The position numbers and the translations under genes were made by a program. This document shows, piece after piece, positions 35,240-47,565 of a DNA stretch of 64,000 nt. Positions within the stretch are counted from its first letter, which is position 1; each line of letters starts with the position of its first letter. The notes beneath the pieces were generated by a model. The model had not been told where the DNA came from, made no database searches, and saw only the letters and a list, made by a program, of their open reading frames with translations. The DNA is from Rhodosorus marinus CCMP1338. Lineage: Eukaryota; Plantae; Rhodophyta. The DNA is taken from the NCBI GenBank assembly GCA_029953675.1, contig JAMWBK010000010.1, positions 62,001 to 126,000 on the forward strand. Direction: 5' to 3'.

Positions 35240-37426
35240 AAGCTTAACGGGCGAACCTACCAAAAATCATGGGAATGACGACTGGGGCTCCTCTCTCTTT
35301 CTTTCTTCTTCGACCAAGACTCTGGAACAGGTCGCGGACGAGTTTGTTGAACACCTCAACGAGCAACTCAGAACTAGATGAGAAACACGATGCTGGATCT
35401 AGAAACAAAAAATCGCGACTACGGGCTTTGCGCAATCACGGAGAAGAACGCCTCTGCTCTATGTACATTCTGCTGCTTCCTGAAATAAACCCATGGCGAC
35501 ATGGTACACGCCTAAAAACCTCCATTGCAGTGCTCCTTCGCGTGTATGGACTTTTCAGCCCTTTCCGTGGGAAGCAACTGGATCAAGACAGGGCTGAAAA
35601 GCCTGCGGAAAAACCAAAACCAAAATCCTTCCTAGTCCCTGCCGTACAGATTATCACAGCCAGAGGATACTGCGCTCGCAGCATCGGCAATCCTTTGTTG
35701 GGCATCTGCATACCGTTGTTGAAAGAGGTCTCGCTCAACGTTGGTATCCGAGGAGCCTATGAAGCTCAAAGGATTAGGGAAACCATTTTAGAGGACTCGA
35801 CGATCTCCCGACCGGTGATAGGACAAGCATGAGCGACCACAACTTACGGGAAGACTTTCCATCGACGTGCTGATTCTTGTACTGCTGCAGGTGCGTTTCT
35901 TTGGGACGCGAAGCCTGTCTAAGGATCTGGATTCTAGTTCTGAGCGAGTGCTCCACACGCGTATTCGCAATCAGCTTCCGAGAGTCCTGCGTGGCCAAAA
36001 AATCGTTTGGAGTGTGAGCAACTCGACGACAGCTTATAAAGTTGATCCATCATACACATACGTTTTGTGCAATGATGTTGCCCGGGTTTAAGATGTCCTT
36101 GTATACTTCCTTAACTGATTCGGAGCTGTCAGGAGCGGTGATTCTCCAATCGAGAGCGAGTCTGGAATCCGGCTTCTCAAGGTCTGTCTCTGTGTTCTCC
36201 TTGTCTGGATCGTTTGGTTCCTTGAACGATGACAATTCGCTGCGCTGAACCCGTTCCGGCTCTGGCCCCGGCTCCGGCTTCTCAGGAGTGCGTGTGTGGC
36301 GCAGCGGACTGGGATTCTGGAGAATTGGGACATCCGTGTGAAGGGTTTCGGAGTCATCTTCACGCGATAAATGGGGCAGCTCCGGAACATTCGAGCTTTC
36401 CATGACCAAGTTCACATGGTCAGCGCCCTGCAGTTCACGGGGCACGTTAGTTTGCGTTGCAGTTGAAGAAGCATCGGGAGTACTAGTCGTTGCGCTGCGG
36501 TTGGGCTCATTATCAGCAAGATCCCCGGAAGACGATCTTGCAACTACTGAGGGCTCCGTTTCCACTTCAGCACGGGTCCCTAGATTTCCACTCAGCTCCG
36601 TACGGCCTGTCGCGTCATCGTCTCGCCCTTGCGTCGTCATAGTTATTTCCAGCTGATCATGGTAAGCCCGTGGGGGAGAAGAAAATCAACAACAAATCCA
36701 GAAAATTTGATAAAAAACTCATGAGGACATAGGATTACCTCTTGCGTAGGGGCGAGCCCCTCGATTTGAATGGGCTTTTGTTCTCTCGCCTTATTTGTGC
36801 TTGGAGTAATCTGACGTCCAGGACGTACATTCGCTTCCAGCTTAGGGTGCTTTCTTATGGTCTGCCCCCTATCTTCAACTACTCCAGTACCTGGATCCAT
36901 GTCCTTTTGCTGTCTGCTGCTACGCAGGTTCACGGCAGACTTCGGATGTACCCTAGAACTTCTCTTTTTCAGTCTGAGTCCCTCAACTCCTCTTCGTGCA
37001 ATGACCTTCTCGAGAAACGAGCTTATCGCTATGGTGACTTTCTTCCTTGCACTGCTATCGGTTTCGATAGAGCGGAGGTGCTCTTGTCTGAGCGTATGAC
37101 CAAGATCCAGGAGGCGTAGCACCCTCAAAATACGCTTTGCATCAGTCGCTGCAGGCTAGGCATGAGCAAAACAGGATGTTAGACATCCCGGTTTTCAAAA
37201 AGGCACTCACTACAAGTGAGAAATGTGGGAACGGCGAGTTTGGTCGACGTACTGTCTTATCTTCTTCCTTGGTAGCAATAGTCCACTCCAAATCGTGTTC
37301 ATAACAGGCAGAAACTGAGCAAAATGCCTGAGAAGCACTATAGGCAGTCCACATCAATGCGCCTCCTTGCTTTCTCGCCGGTGGACATCCCAATCGGGAC
37401 AGTTTGTCGAAAACTTCGTCGTTCAT
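35240..37426 (-). CDS. Hypothetical multi-exon protein with a low-complexity middle; boundaries uncertain
   Basis: Stacked long minus-strand ORFs (37142-37435, 36643-37128, 36050-36640) with plausible splice sites. No recognisable domain. Confidence 0.35.
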
Positions 37427-39747
37427 CCTTATCAACGCCAGTCGAACCGACTATTAGGAAAGAACAAGAGCCAACCCCACCCCTACCCCTAATGAAACGA
37501 AGCAACTGTGCTCCCTCCTACGCACTATCATCGCTCCTTTTGCGCCCACTGTGTCCTTACCCCAGAATAGACTTCGGGTACCATTGCCGAAGAAGCTGTC
37601 TTTCCTCGCTCTCCCTCTCACGTCAACTATGAATCAGCAGTTGGATGCCAAACACTGGGGAACACTCCTATTTTCAATGAAAAATGGTATATTTCAAATG
37701 TCATATTCTTAACGGCTATTTCAATCAATTGTTTCTTGTAAATCATTTTCAAGTTGATTGAATCTATTCGAGAACTCGCAGGGCCTCCCGCGCTAGTTTT
37801 GGTAGCAAGCTCATGTGAAGCGCTGAAACGTGAAGAGTTGATGTACATCCTGTACCTCGAATCAGGAGCTAGGTGATGCCTATTTTCATACGGACGGGTG
37901 TTCTTCCGCGTTTACAGTGCCCATGCGGCTTGTACGCAAGCCCCGCGGCGGCCCCGTAGCAGAGATGGCACCAGTGACCTGTGTGAGCCGCTCTTGAAGG
38001 AGCGAGGTGTTATGACCTATTGCGGCCGAGTATCAGCTGTCGCGGGAAGACAACCCTCTGAACTTGGAAGCCAACGAGTGTTGAAGAAGGGAAGTGCGTT
38101 GTTTTCGCGCTCAGGAAATTGTCGGACTCTTTTGAGGTTTCATCCGTTGACGAAGATATGAAATGCTTGAGAAAGAAAAGAAAAAAAGCCATCCAACGTG
38201 CCATGCTAGACTCCAAGACATAGGTTCCTCCTGAAAAAGGGAATGGACGGCTAGCAAATATTATATATATATTATGTCATATATGTATTAGATATTGCTC
38301 ACTATGGAAACCGCTGTGGAAAGCCGCAGTTCGCATCAGTTTCCTACACTGCCTAGAGACGCCATACTCTGCGACGAGTGATGAACTACCCGCACAGCGT
38401 TGATCCTCGGTTTGAAACTGTAAATTTTTTTGATGTGCTTCTGATCTCGCTCTCCGTTTCCTCAAATATACTCAGATGCATGCTGCGTGCTCATAAGGAA
38501 TGTGTAGTAAGAACGATTCCTGACTAGAGCTTCTTTGCCTAGCTTTGACACCCCAACTGCTGGGTGTGGGTGGGGGGGGGATAAGCCCTTGACATGGTTC
38601 TAAAATTGGAAAAAGTTCACCTCACCAGTTCGAGAAAGACTAAATTTTATTTGAAATACATAGATCCCCTCCATGCCCAACGCTGTAGGGGGTTTTGAAA
38701 TTGATGAACGAAATATTGTGCCATAATCGGACCCGATCCAAATCTTCTGTGTCATATCTTTTTTATAGAGTAGTATAGTAGGGGTCATGATTTCTCCGAA
38801 ATACCTGTAAGATTAGTTAAAAACGGGAGAAAAAGAATTCCACAGTGCTCACAAGGGGGTGAGTACACTTCACTCTAAAGTCTTGGAGAAAGGTTGAGGG
38901 GGGGAATGAGACAAACAAGATTAGGTCGAGGTACGAAATATGAACCCCGATGAGGGAAGTCTCTCCATAACAGAGGACAAAAACACTTCAAAATACTACA
39001 CAAAAGAAGAACAAGCTATGGTTGAAATATTAAAATATATCAGCCATAGACAATTTTATTTCATCTATTCAATAATATATCACCTAAAAATAGATGATTC
39101 AAGTTTGTCACGTTCGGAAGGGTGGGGGTGTGTGGTAACCCTACTGCCAAGATGCGGAGAAGAATCAAAAGTTATCCTAAATGGACCGGCCCCTAATGGT
39201 CTTGAAAAGTATCGAATTCCAGAGCAAGGAGGAATGTATTCTCTATCTTGGGGTTAACAGAGTGACGATTTTCTTTTTAGGGAGACCCGGGGCGGGGGGG
39301 GGGGGGGAGAAGGAGTTTGACTGGCGGGGCAAAAAAATAACATGTTTTTGAAACGTTTTTTTTTTTTGGGAGGGTTGGGGACAACTATGATGGGGTTTGT
39401 TGGTATTTTTGTGAGGTTTGATAAAGAGGAGGGGGAAAGGAAAACGAAGGTGCGAAGAGTGGGGGGGTGCACACACCGACGTGATTTACATGTTGTGTTG
39501 GAGGGGGGATTGTTTCGAGCGCCTGCTTGGTGGGGATAGGGAGTTGATAATGTATTGATGAGAAAGGGAAAGATGGATTATGAAGAGGGAAGAGACGCAG
39601 TGAAGTTGTTGCTTTGTTGAGATTTTGATTAGCGGAGTTGTCAGGTGTGAACACGGGGGGGTGGGAGGTTTGGATTTCACTCTGCTATATATATTTGGTT
39701 TTGGGGCTGTGGTGGGAGGTTTTCGTCAGCGGGTTGGGTTTGAGGGA

Positions 39748-40689
39748 ATGTTGGGCGTACGAGTTGGTGGTGGACCGAAGGAGGGGAAGAAAGTGGAGTG
39801 CAGTCAAAGCGTGTTGCCGATGGAAAAACGCCGACCACCGGGGTTGACTTTGCCGGATAGAGGTGAGTTTGCGGTGCTGGTGCGCTCGGCGAGGGAGGGT
39901 CGAGATTGCGCTGAGCTTTCGGAAGGAGCGGATGGGGTATGGTGGGTTGTGTCTAGACAGGGAAGGTCGAGATCTTTTAACGAGGATGCGGTGGGTATTG
40001 TAGATGGAAAAGGTGTTTTTGCTGTGTTTGACGGACATGGCGGGAGGAAAGCCTCCCAGTTTGCTAGTGAGCACCTCATAAGACACTTCGAGGCACTATC
40101 GCATGGCGAAGTGGATATGCAGGAAGCGCTCAAACAGGCCTTTGTTAAGACTGACGAGGAATTTTACAACGGAAGTGGATCCGCAAGAGAAAAGTACGTG
40201 GGAACGACCGCCATTGCTGCAGTGCTCAGAAACGGGAAGCTGGTGGTAGGACACGTCGGAGATTCTCGCGCGGTGCTGGCGTCAAATGGAAAAGCAGTGG
40301 AACTCTCGCGAGATCATGTCACCTCAAGGGCAGACGAACTGAACAGAGTCAGGGCAAACGGTGGTTACATTCTTGGGGACCGAGTGAATGGAGTATTGAA
40401 AGTGACGAGAGCCATTGGTGACCATCCAGCAAAGAGCTTCATAATTGCGGAGCCGGAAGTTCTGGAGATGGAAATCGCAGACTGCTTTCAGTATTTAATA
40501 ATTGCATCCGATGGACTCTGGCAGCACTTCACGAATGAGCAGGCAGTAGAATTTGCGTGTAAGTATGGAAATGATGTGAAGACAGCGGCCCAAATGTTGG
40601 TGGAAGAAGCGCAGACGAGAGGTTCCTGTGACGACATAAGTGTACTTGTTCTTTCTCTGGAAAACTTCAAGAAAAAGAGTGAGGAATGA
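39748..40689 (+). CDS. Protein phosphatase 2C (PPM family), single exon; start uncertain
   Basis: NED, FAVFDGHGG, GTTA, HVGDSRAVL, VTRAIGD, IIASDGLW, SCDDISV. Confidence 0.93.
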   Translation: MLGVRVGGGPKEGKKVECSQSVLPMEKRRPPGLTLPDRGEFAVLVRSAREGRDCAELSEGADGVWWVVSRQGRSRSFNEDAVGIVDGKGVFAVFDGHGGRKASQFASEHLIRHFEALSHGEVDMQEALKQAFVKTDEEFYNGSGSAREKYVGTTAIAAVLRNGKLVVGHVGDSRAVLASNGKAVELSRDHVTSRADELNRVRANGGYILGDRVNGVLKVTRAIGDHPAKSFIIAEPEVLEMEIADCFQYLIIASDGLWQHFTNEQAVEFACKYGNDVKTAAQMLVEEAQTRGSCDDISVLVLSLENFKKKSEE

Positions 40690-40786
40690 AGAAAAGCAAA
40701 CTATCTGAAGCTTTCAAGAGTAGTCAAAGCTGAACCGCATTAGGAGCTCAGATTCTCAGCTATGAAGAGGCGCGGATCGGCGCCCG

Positions 40787-40823
40787 TTTTTTCTACTCGG
40801 CTCCCCTTTTTTCTACTCGGCTC
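40787..40823. repeat. 17-bp direct repeat, period 20
   Basis: ttttttctactcggctc at 40787 and 40807. Confidence 0.85.
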
Positions 40824-41549
40824 TGGGGAGCAAGCATTTTTAGTTTGACATGTATGACTCAACAGTCTACCAAGTTCTGTTTTTTTATGAGGCTTCGGGA
40901 GGTCTCACAGAAGAACATCGTTCCGATGCGGAGTTTTTTCCTGCCTCGTGTGCGTTTCATGGGCAGGGGAAGCCAACTAACAGCTTGTCATTGATTCTTG
41001 TATTTAAGAAAACACTGTGGAGGGAAGATTAAATTTTGAAGGTACTCCCCACCTAACCCCCCAAGCCGGGCTTTATGAAATGCAAACAACTAAAACCAAC
41101 TTTGGGGTTGGCGTTGAAAACCCCGCAACACGATAAAAGCCTCCGAACGGGGATTTCTCAGCGTGTGGTGGGGAGCTGATAAGGAAGCGTTGTGGGCGAG
41201 ATTTTCCTTTCCCGAACAGGCTTTGACAGATTTGCCGTCTAAGTACGCTAACTCACGACAACGTAGCGGCTCTTTCTATGCTATTCTCCATTGTTTTTTT
41301 TTATGGCATTGGGCCAGTACTCGTGGACAGCTGCGTAAAATCAGGAGTCAATTTATTCCGCAGTAGGAGCAGTACGCTGCTGCGTGTGATATTTGAAAGA
41401 TCATCCTTTTCGCGAGCAGGACTGCCCGGTAGTGAGGCTTTAAGAGCAAGGAGCGTACACGCGCAGAGATTATTTTGCTTGCTCAGACCTTGGCAATGGC
41501 GTAATAGCCAAACAAGGATCAGTTGCAGAATTCAAGTTTCAAAGATGTG

Positions 41550-41619
41550 TCGGGGCAGTATGGGGTTGTGAACTCAAGTTTGGAAAACGTCTCGGGGTAG
41601 TATGGGGTTGTGAACTCAA
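41550..41619. repeat. 28-bp direct repeat, period 42, overlapping the SIMPL gene stop codon
   Basis: tcgggg(c/t)agtatggggttgtgaactcaa at 41550 and 41592. Confidence 0.85.
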
Positions 41620-42694
41620 CTTTCTCCCTGATCTGACCCAATCTGAAACACAGCCTCGATTTCCGCAACGACCTTGGTCACAGAGAAATCGAGCTTGAGG
41701 GAGCTTGATTTCTCCTGACCATCTTCAGCCTCCATATCCTCAGCCATCATAGCCATCGGCTGACGATGCATAGAATAGCCTCGGGACGCTTCGGGTGATC
41801 GAATTTAGTGATTTGACTCAGCGACAACGCAAAGGTGCTAGGGCGATTTGTGCGGCTCACTTTCAAACTTACGATTCTCCTTAATCCTCAGCAGCCTACC
41901 TCTCGTAGTCCCTGCTCCTCCGAGAAGGTCATCAACCTTCCCTATAGCGTTCTGGACAGCTTTCAGTCTGGCCTCGGTTTCGAACTTGCCGATATCTGAA
42001 ACTCCGAGATTGAAGTCCTCAATCCGGACGTCGTCACCACCTGTCTGGATAACCTATGGAAACCGGCCAATGACACAGGTACATATCAGCCCGAACCTCA
42101 GTACGGGTCGTTGGGATCACCCTTTTTCTTCTGCACCTTACCTCGTCCATAACCTTGCCCCCCTTTTCAATGTCCGCAACATGTATCCGGAGTCTGTTGA
42201 AGCAGGAATATCCGTCTACGTAACTCCTAGGAGAAGTTGAGAATTTTGAGATAAGCGCTTCTTGCGATGGTCGTATTTTACAGCACATCATTAGCTTACT
42301 TTCCAGTCCGCCGACTGTATTCGTATACGGGGTAGAGGCCAAACCCTACAGTCGACACGTCCGGAGCGACAATTCCGAGAGTGGCCAGCTGATCGATGAT
42401 CCTCTGCAACGTATCCAAGCTGGTCTTTCAGCTCTTGTTAACAAACAAAGCGTTGCGGGGCAGAGCAAAACCTACATTTGTTACCACGGCTACGAACTCT
42501 TTCGCTTCCTTACCGCTTTTGGAGCGCTTCTCGACGTTTGCATTGAAGACAACCTCATCTGGTGGTGCGTCGACCACACCCTTTCCTTGCACTGTAATCC
42601 GAGGGACAGTCTCAAGAAGCGCTGCATCAGACAGCACCTCCACTATCCCGAGACTGAAAAAGCTCAACGCAAGAATCCAACTCTTCACCACCAT
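41616..42694 (-). CDS. SIMPL/DUF541 domain protein with a signal peptide, multi-exon
   Basis: Signal-like MVVKSWILALSFFSLGIVEVLSDA, then ITVQGKGVVDAPPDEV, EARLKAVQNAIGKV and the terminal strand KVVAEIEAVFQI. Confidence 0.75.
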
Positions 42695-44576
42695 CTCAGC
42701 TGCTCAAAACACAGAAAAAAAACAACATACAACATACAATCCAAGCTCTCAAGGATATCTGCACTGCACCCCCAAAGCAGTCCCAGACGCGTACGCCCAC
42801 ACCCACCCGACCTTTTATACTCTTCCAGAAACCAGAAACACCAGAGGGCCTAATCCTTGACTGACCAACTCGCTCTAAACCGATCCCAAGTCCCCAGCGC
42901 AGCCAATCCAATACTCAATAATTCCGTTCCTAATACTCAGCTTCACCAACGAAACCCTAGGCCCTACCGTATATTCCCTATGTTCCTATCCCTCTTAGAA
43001 CAGAAACCTATAAAACTAACCAAAAACAACGAAATCAACACCGTCACTCTACCCAGAATATGGGGACCATACCCCCCACACGATACATTTTGTGTATAAA
43101 TGACCGTCAAAAATTAGGGTTGTCATAAAACGTCCGTTTAAAAAAAAAATAAGAACCTCCAATATGGAATAAAAACAAAGAAATCTCCACATCCCGAAGT
43201 AAATAATTATTTAAAAACCATGTCAAATTTCAAGTCACTTATTGGACAAGTTTTTTTCAAATAGTTTAGTCCAAACTCATTACAATAGTTTTGTTCACCA
43301 AACGAAATGTGACCAAACAAAACAAAAAACCGTGCCTAAATACACTTTCATTGAGGCAGCCTATTAGGTTATTGACTAGATTGTCTGTCTGGGGCCGGGA
43401 GGGAGGGGGTGCTGTTAACAACTTGAATAAACAAATAGAAAAGAACGCTTGAATTTTTTGATGAATTTACGTAATTTTTGGATATAGAGAGATCCGCGGT
43501 TTGATTTTCTTCTGGTGAAAAAAAATGGGCGGTCCTGTTTTTGGATATATTTACTAGTGAAAAGTATTGAGAAAAGGACTTTGTAGCTTTTGTAAGGAGC
43601 TTCAGTGGAGTACATTTCTTGTATAGTTTTCGGAGTGCTTCTTCGCACGCGGACTGCGAGAGGTTAATCCAATCTGGTTCTTGACAGATTGATGGGACAG
43701 TGTGCTGCTGTTCTTACTACTTGCTGCTGTGGTTCCACATCTAGAATGCCAGCACAGCTGCTCCTAGTAAGGCCGAGCACAGCTTTGCTGGGATCAAAAA
43801 AAAAGCCGAAACCAAACGCCTGGCTTATAGTCTGATCTGAGTATTTGAAGAGAGGATTGGATGAAATTTCGATTATTATTGATTACAGTGGATCCCGTTG
43901 GATCTGAAGAACGCTGATGGGCGTGCCATGTGGTTCGGGATTCTCCCGGTTCGACGGACAGCACGCAGAGCTGGCTGGCACAGTTCCCCGATCTACTGGA
44001 TGCCTCGTGGTTTCAGAAATGAACTGTTCGGATTCATCCATGCAATATCACCTTGTCATTCTCGAGAGTGGGCGTGAGGTAATAACCAAAAAAGCATGGT
44101 CTGGGCTCGCGCACCAAAACAAGTCCCTACGCTTTCCAAATTTGTAAGCCTTATTGATTCTCGTGGGATAATTTCCTCGGCAGGGGGCGAATGGGGGAGG
44201 ATGGGGTTTCGTCATCTCTTAGAATTTTACGTCCTTTACCAGAAGGGCGTCTTTGTTCAATCAGGCCTGCCCCTGCGCAGGTGCAAGATACTGGGTCAGG
44301 CCTTGTCGCCCTATTTCACGGACCAGGTCCAATCGTCAAAACGCAATGGACTACATTGGACCACTCACTGCACGGGAATCTGGGCTAGCCGTACGCCAAC
44401 ATTGTTACGTTAGGATATCCCGATGATGTTTTCGACGGAATCAACAACCGAACAGGTTAAGATCCGATCGACAACGAATATTGACATTCATGGATGTCCC
44501 CTGTCCAAACCTTGGCCGTAGCAACCCGTGGCCCGCACTTCATCTTTCATAGGGAATCTCTCGGGAGGTCGACTGC

Positions 44577-46060
44577 CTACGCAACGCTCGTTTTGGCTCG
44601 TTTAGGTGACGGCGGCCGATCAACCTGAACGTCGGACTCGTCGTCTTCGCTACTATCGTCCTCGTCGTCTTCCTCTAGTGGTACTCCAGTTAGCTCGGCG
44701 CGCTCTCTTCGAACCTTTTTCTCCGCTCTTCTAGCCTTCTTGGCGTGCCTTCGTTCACGCTTTTCGGCGATTTTCTGTTGATTTGGGCCAAATAGCTAAG
44801 TCAAAATCTGGAGAGCATCGAGGGTATGTACCTGTAAGCGATTTTCTAATGGTTGGTCGCAAACCTTTTCCTTTCGCTTATAGACATCGCTCTGTGGATC
44901 ATTCTCTGGTAAGGAGCATCGTCGTCTTCGTCTTTCCATGTCTGCCATTAGCTCGTGGTTACCAGCCTCTACAATGTAACTGCTGCAACTCCTCAGCTCC
45001 TTGACAATCTCATCCACCTAGTTTGAAAGCGGGGTGAATAGACCGAGGGTTCCCGCAACGAACAACGATTTCTGTCAACGTGATTGCCTCTCGTCGAAGA
45101 CAGGATTAGGTTTCATACCTCCGACTCAAGCTCGTTCAGTAACTCGATTCCCCCTCGCTCTTTCTCCAATATCAACTTGAGCAGCCCCGTCATGTCCAGC
45201 GATTCTTTTATTCGAAGCGCAGCGTCTTTCAGAGTACCCAAGGCAATCTTAGCTGGTGGGTATCGAAACTGAAGATCTGTGTGGATCGCAGTAGTTGTGA
45301 TGATTTCACGTGCAACCTTGCCAATTTCCGCAGCTCGATCCCTATCCTGAGCAGAGTCCAAGAGCTGCTTGATCTTGGTTTTTGAGCGAGATCGATTACA
45401 ATCTGTAAGTCAACGTTTTGTCTTCCGAATACTTCCAGTGGAGATGAGCTGATCTTGACTTACAAGCGCTTCCAACGAACGGTATGGGTGAAAACAGACC
45501 AGTTGAAACTTAAGGGCTTCGAAAAACCCTAGCTCGACACTCAATATAACCGAGGCCGGAATTTCTTCTGCAACATTCCCATCTGTCGGCGCTTGTTCAC
45601 ATAGGACCTGCGCTTCTACCACGGTCTCTTCTACCTTAAACGCAGCGTAGATTGCAGATAGCCTTTGGAACGAATAGCGAAACAAGAAGAGGACGCGATC
45701 AGACTGAGCCACAATCCGAGGTAGATGCTCAAGGCACAAAAGGTTCGGGGCAAAGGCTTACGTCACCACACTTGGATTGAAGTCCATAATGCTCCTGTCC
45801 AAGAAGAACCTCTTGAAGTATGAAACTGCCGTCGCTGCCGATTTCGTAGGCAATTTCATACTTTTAACTATATTGACGATTCTCCTCTCATAATAGCAAA
45901 GCAACGTTCGCTCTTGCTCAACAGAAATGGCGTCATTTTCCAACCCTTTCGCATTGATCCTCGTAAGAGCTCGATTTCGACTCACTTTTCTCCTTTGCAC
46001 AATCTCATCCTTTGAAAACGACCACACAGACCGCTGACTGGATGTCGCATAACATGACAT
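44577..46060 (-). CDS. CCNH: Cyclin H (CAK/TFIIH cyclin), multi-exon
   Basis: YATSSQRSVWSF, ATAVSYFKRFFLDRSIMDFNP, AAFKVEE, LKFQLVCFHPYRSL, YPPAKIALG, and an acidic/basic tail. Confidence 0.88.
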
Positions 46061-46566
46061 CCTCAAGACCTATCCTCAAAACCAAAACCAACCACTGCTG
46101 CTTTCTACTCCACAGGGCTTTTACCTATCGCTTCCTAGCCATGGCTTCATACCCCAACAGCAAAGTTGGATTCAATCATCAGCTGGTCGATCCTAAAACG
46201 TACAAGCAAACAATGTATGCAAATCACACCCGAGTGAGATGGCCGTCTTCAACAAGAGCATAAAGACAGCTGCTTGCAATCAATCCGTGGATCCGTTTAG
46301 AGCTCCGTGTCCCACAGCGGAAGTGTATCGTGTCTACCAGTAGCCCGTACCCCGAATTGGAAGTAGCCAACGCTGCTGAGGAACAGCTTCGAAGGGTTTC
46401 CGATTTAGCTTTTACTATCGCTTAACAGTTTCAGGTCCAATCAAGCAGTCTGGTGTGCTGGGCTGATGAACGAGCTATGACGACTCATCGGACTTGGCAG
46501 GGGACGGTCAAGACTATCCTCTAACGTGGGGCGATACCAAGGCGGTCGCTTTTGTTCGAAACATTG

Positions 46567-47073
46567 TTATAGAGTACTAGACAAGTTGGCAATGCGATCT
46601 GGTTTGAACTGCCCAAGAGCTAGGTATGCCAACCGTTTACGCCGTTTGAGTCCCACCGTCGCTAGCCGATGGTCCATAAAGGTTCTTTTCAGAAGGAGTC
46701 CGCTGAAAAGAATAAAATACGGTTGGAGAAGAGCGTGGCTTTCCCGAACAGAGTCGGCAAGTCCAGCACGGCGAATTGAGTGTCCCCGTTTTGTAGGTCT
46801 ACGTTGACTAGTTGCAAGCTCGGGAAGCAAGTTCTCCGGACAACTCCTTGGCGGCCGACTCCAAACAAGCACGTTCGCTGTCCCTCTTGCATGTAGTCCA
46901 AACCTAAGTAACCAAAGCTTGTATTCTTGTCTCCAGGATGTGGAAGGGGCTTCGGTCGGGCAATCGCCAGCTCTCACCCCTAGCGACTTCCTCCCCACTA
47001 TGTAGAAGTCTGCTCGGGCTACATCTATCAATTCAGTTCTCCATCTGACCCACAACCACATCGCCTGGGCCAC
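46567..47073 (-). CDS. Hypothetical ORF (168 aa), possibly an exon of a small gene
   Basis: Longest ORF between cyclin H and CAND1. No confident domain. Confidence 0.3.
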   Translation of the reverse strand: MAQAMWLWVRWRTELIDVARADFYIVGRKSLGVRAGDCPTEAPSTSWRQEYKLWLLRFGLHARGTANVLVWSRPPRSCPENLLPELATSQRRPTKRGHSIRRAGLADSVRESHALLQPYFILFSGLLLKRTFMDHRLATVGLKRRKRLAYLALGQFKPDRIANLSSTL

Positions 47074-47565
47074 GTAACACCCTCCGTTTTCTGTCAGTCC
47101 AGGATCCTTTTGATATCCGCAGAAAACCCGAACTTGACCGCAGACCCGCCAGGGTTTAGCTTAGCACCCTTCTTTCCCCAAATGGAAGAAGACAAAGCCT
47201 CCCGGACGTCACGAGCAGATACACTCTTAAGATCTATTTAAGTGTCACCTTAGTTTCAATCAGCAATAAGACTGTTTGCTGAACATTAAAATATTTGGAG
47301 AACAAAAGAGTACGAAGTTTAGCGACTCTTAATTGGGATTGTATATTATAAGTATCGGGTGTAGCGATGGATGTCGCTGTGTCGGATGGAGGGATACTAA
47401 AGGGTATGGCTGGTGGGGGATGTGAAAGCCGTTTGATAGAGCTCTGAGGCTACAAATACTACATGAAAAGTTCCAAGCTTCTGGGAGGTTAGGTGGTTGC
47501 GTTTTGTGTTCGGATTTATCTTTTGGATTTCCGTCAGGCGGTCTGTTCTATTCGGAAGAGCAAAG

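Noticed and set aside
35269-35832. 187-aa plus-strand ORF
   Set aside because: Probably an antisense shadow of the minus-strand hypothetical gene.
37980-38190. Stop-interrupted frame with slight hAT-like flavour
   Set aside because: Too short and degenerate to call.
46567-47073. F-box-like impression (SWRQEY) next to CAND1, suggesting a functional pair
   Set aside because: No actual F-box core is visible, and adjacency is uninformative in a eukaryote.
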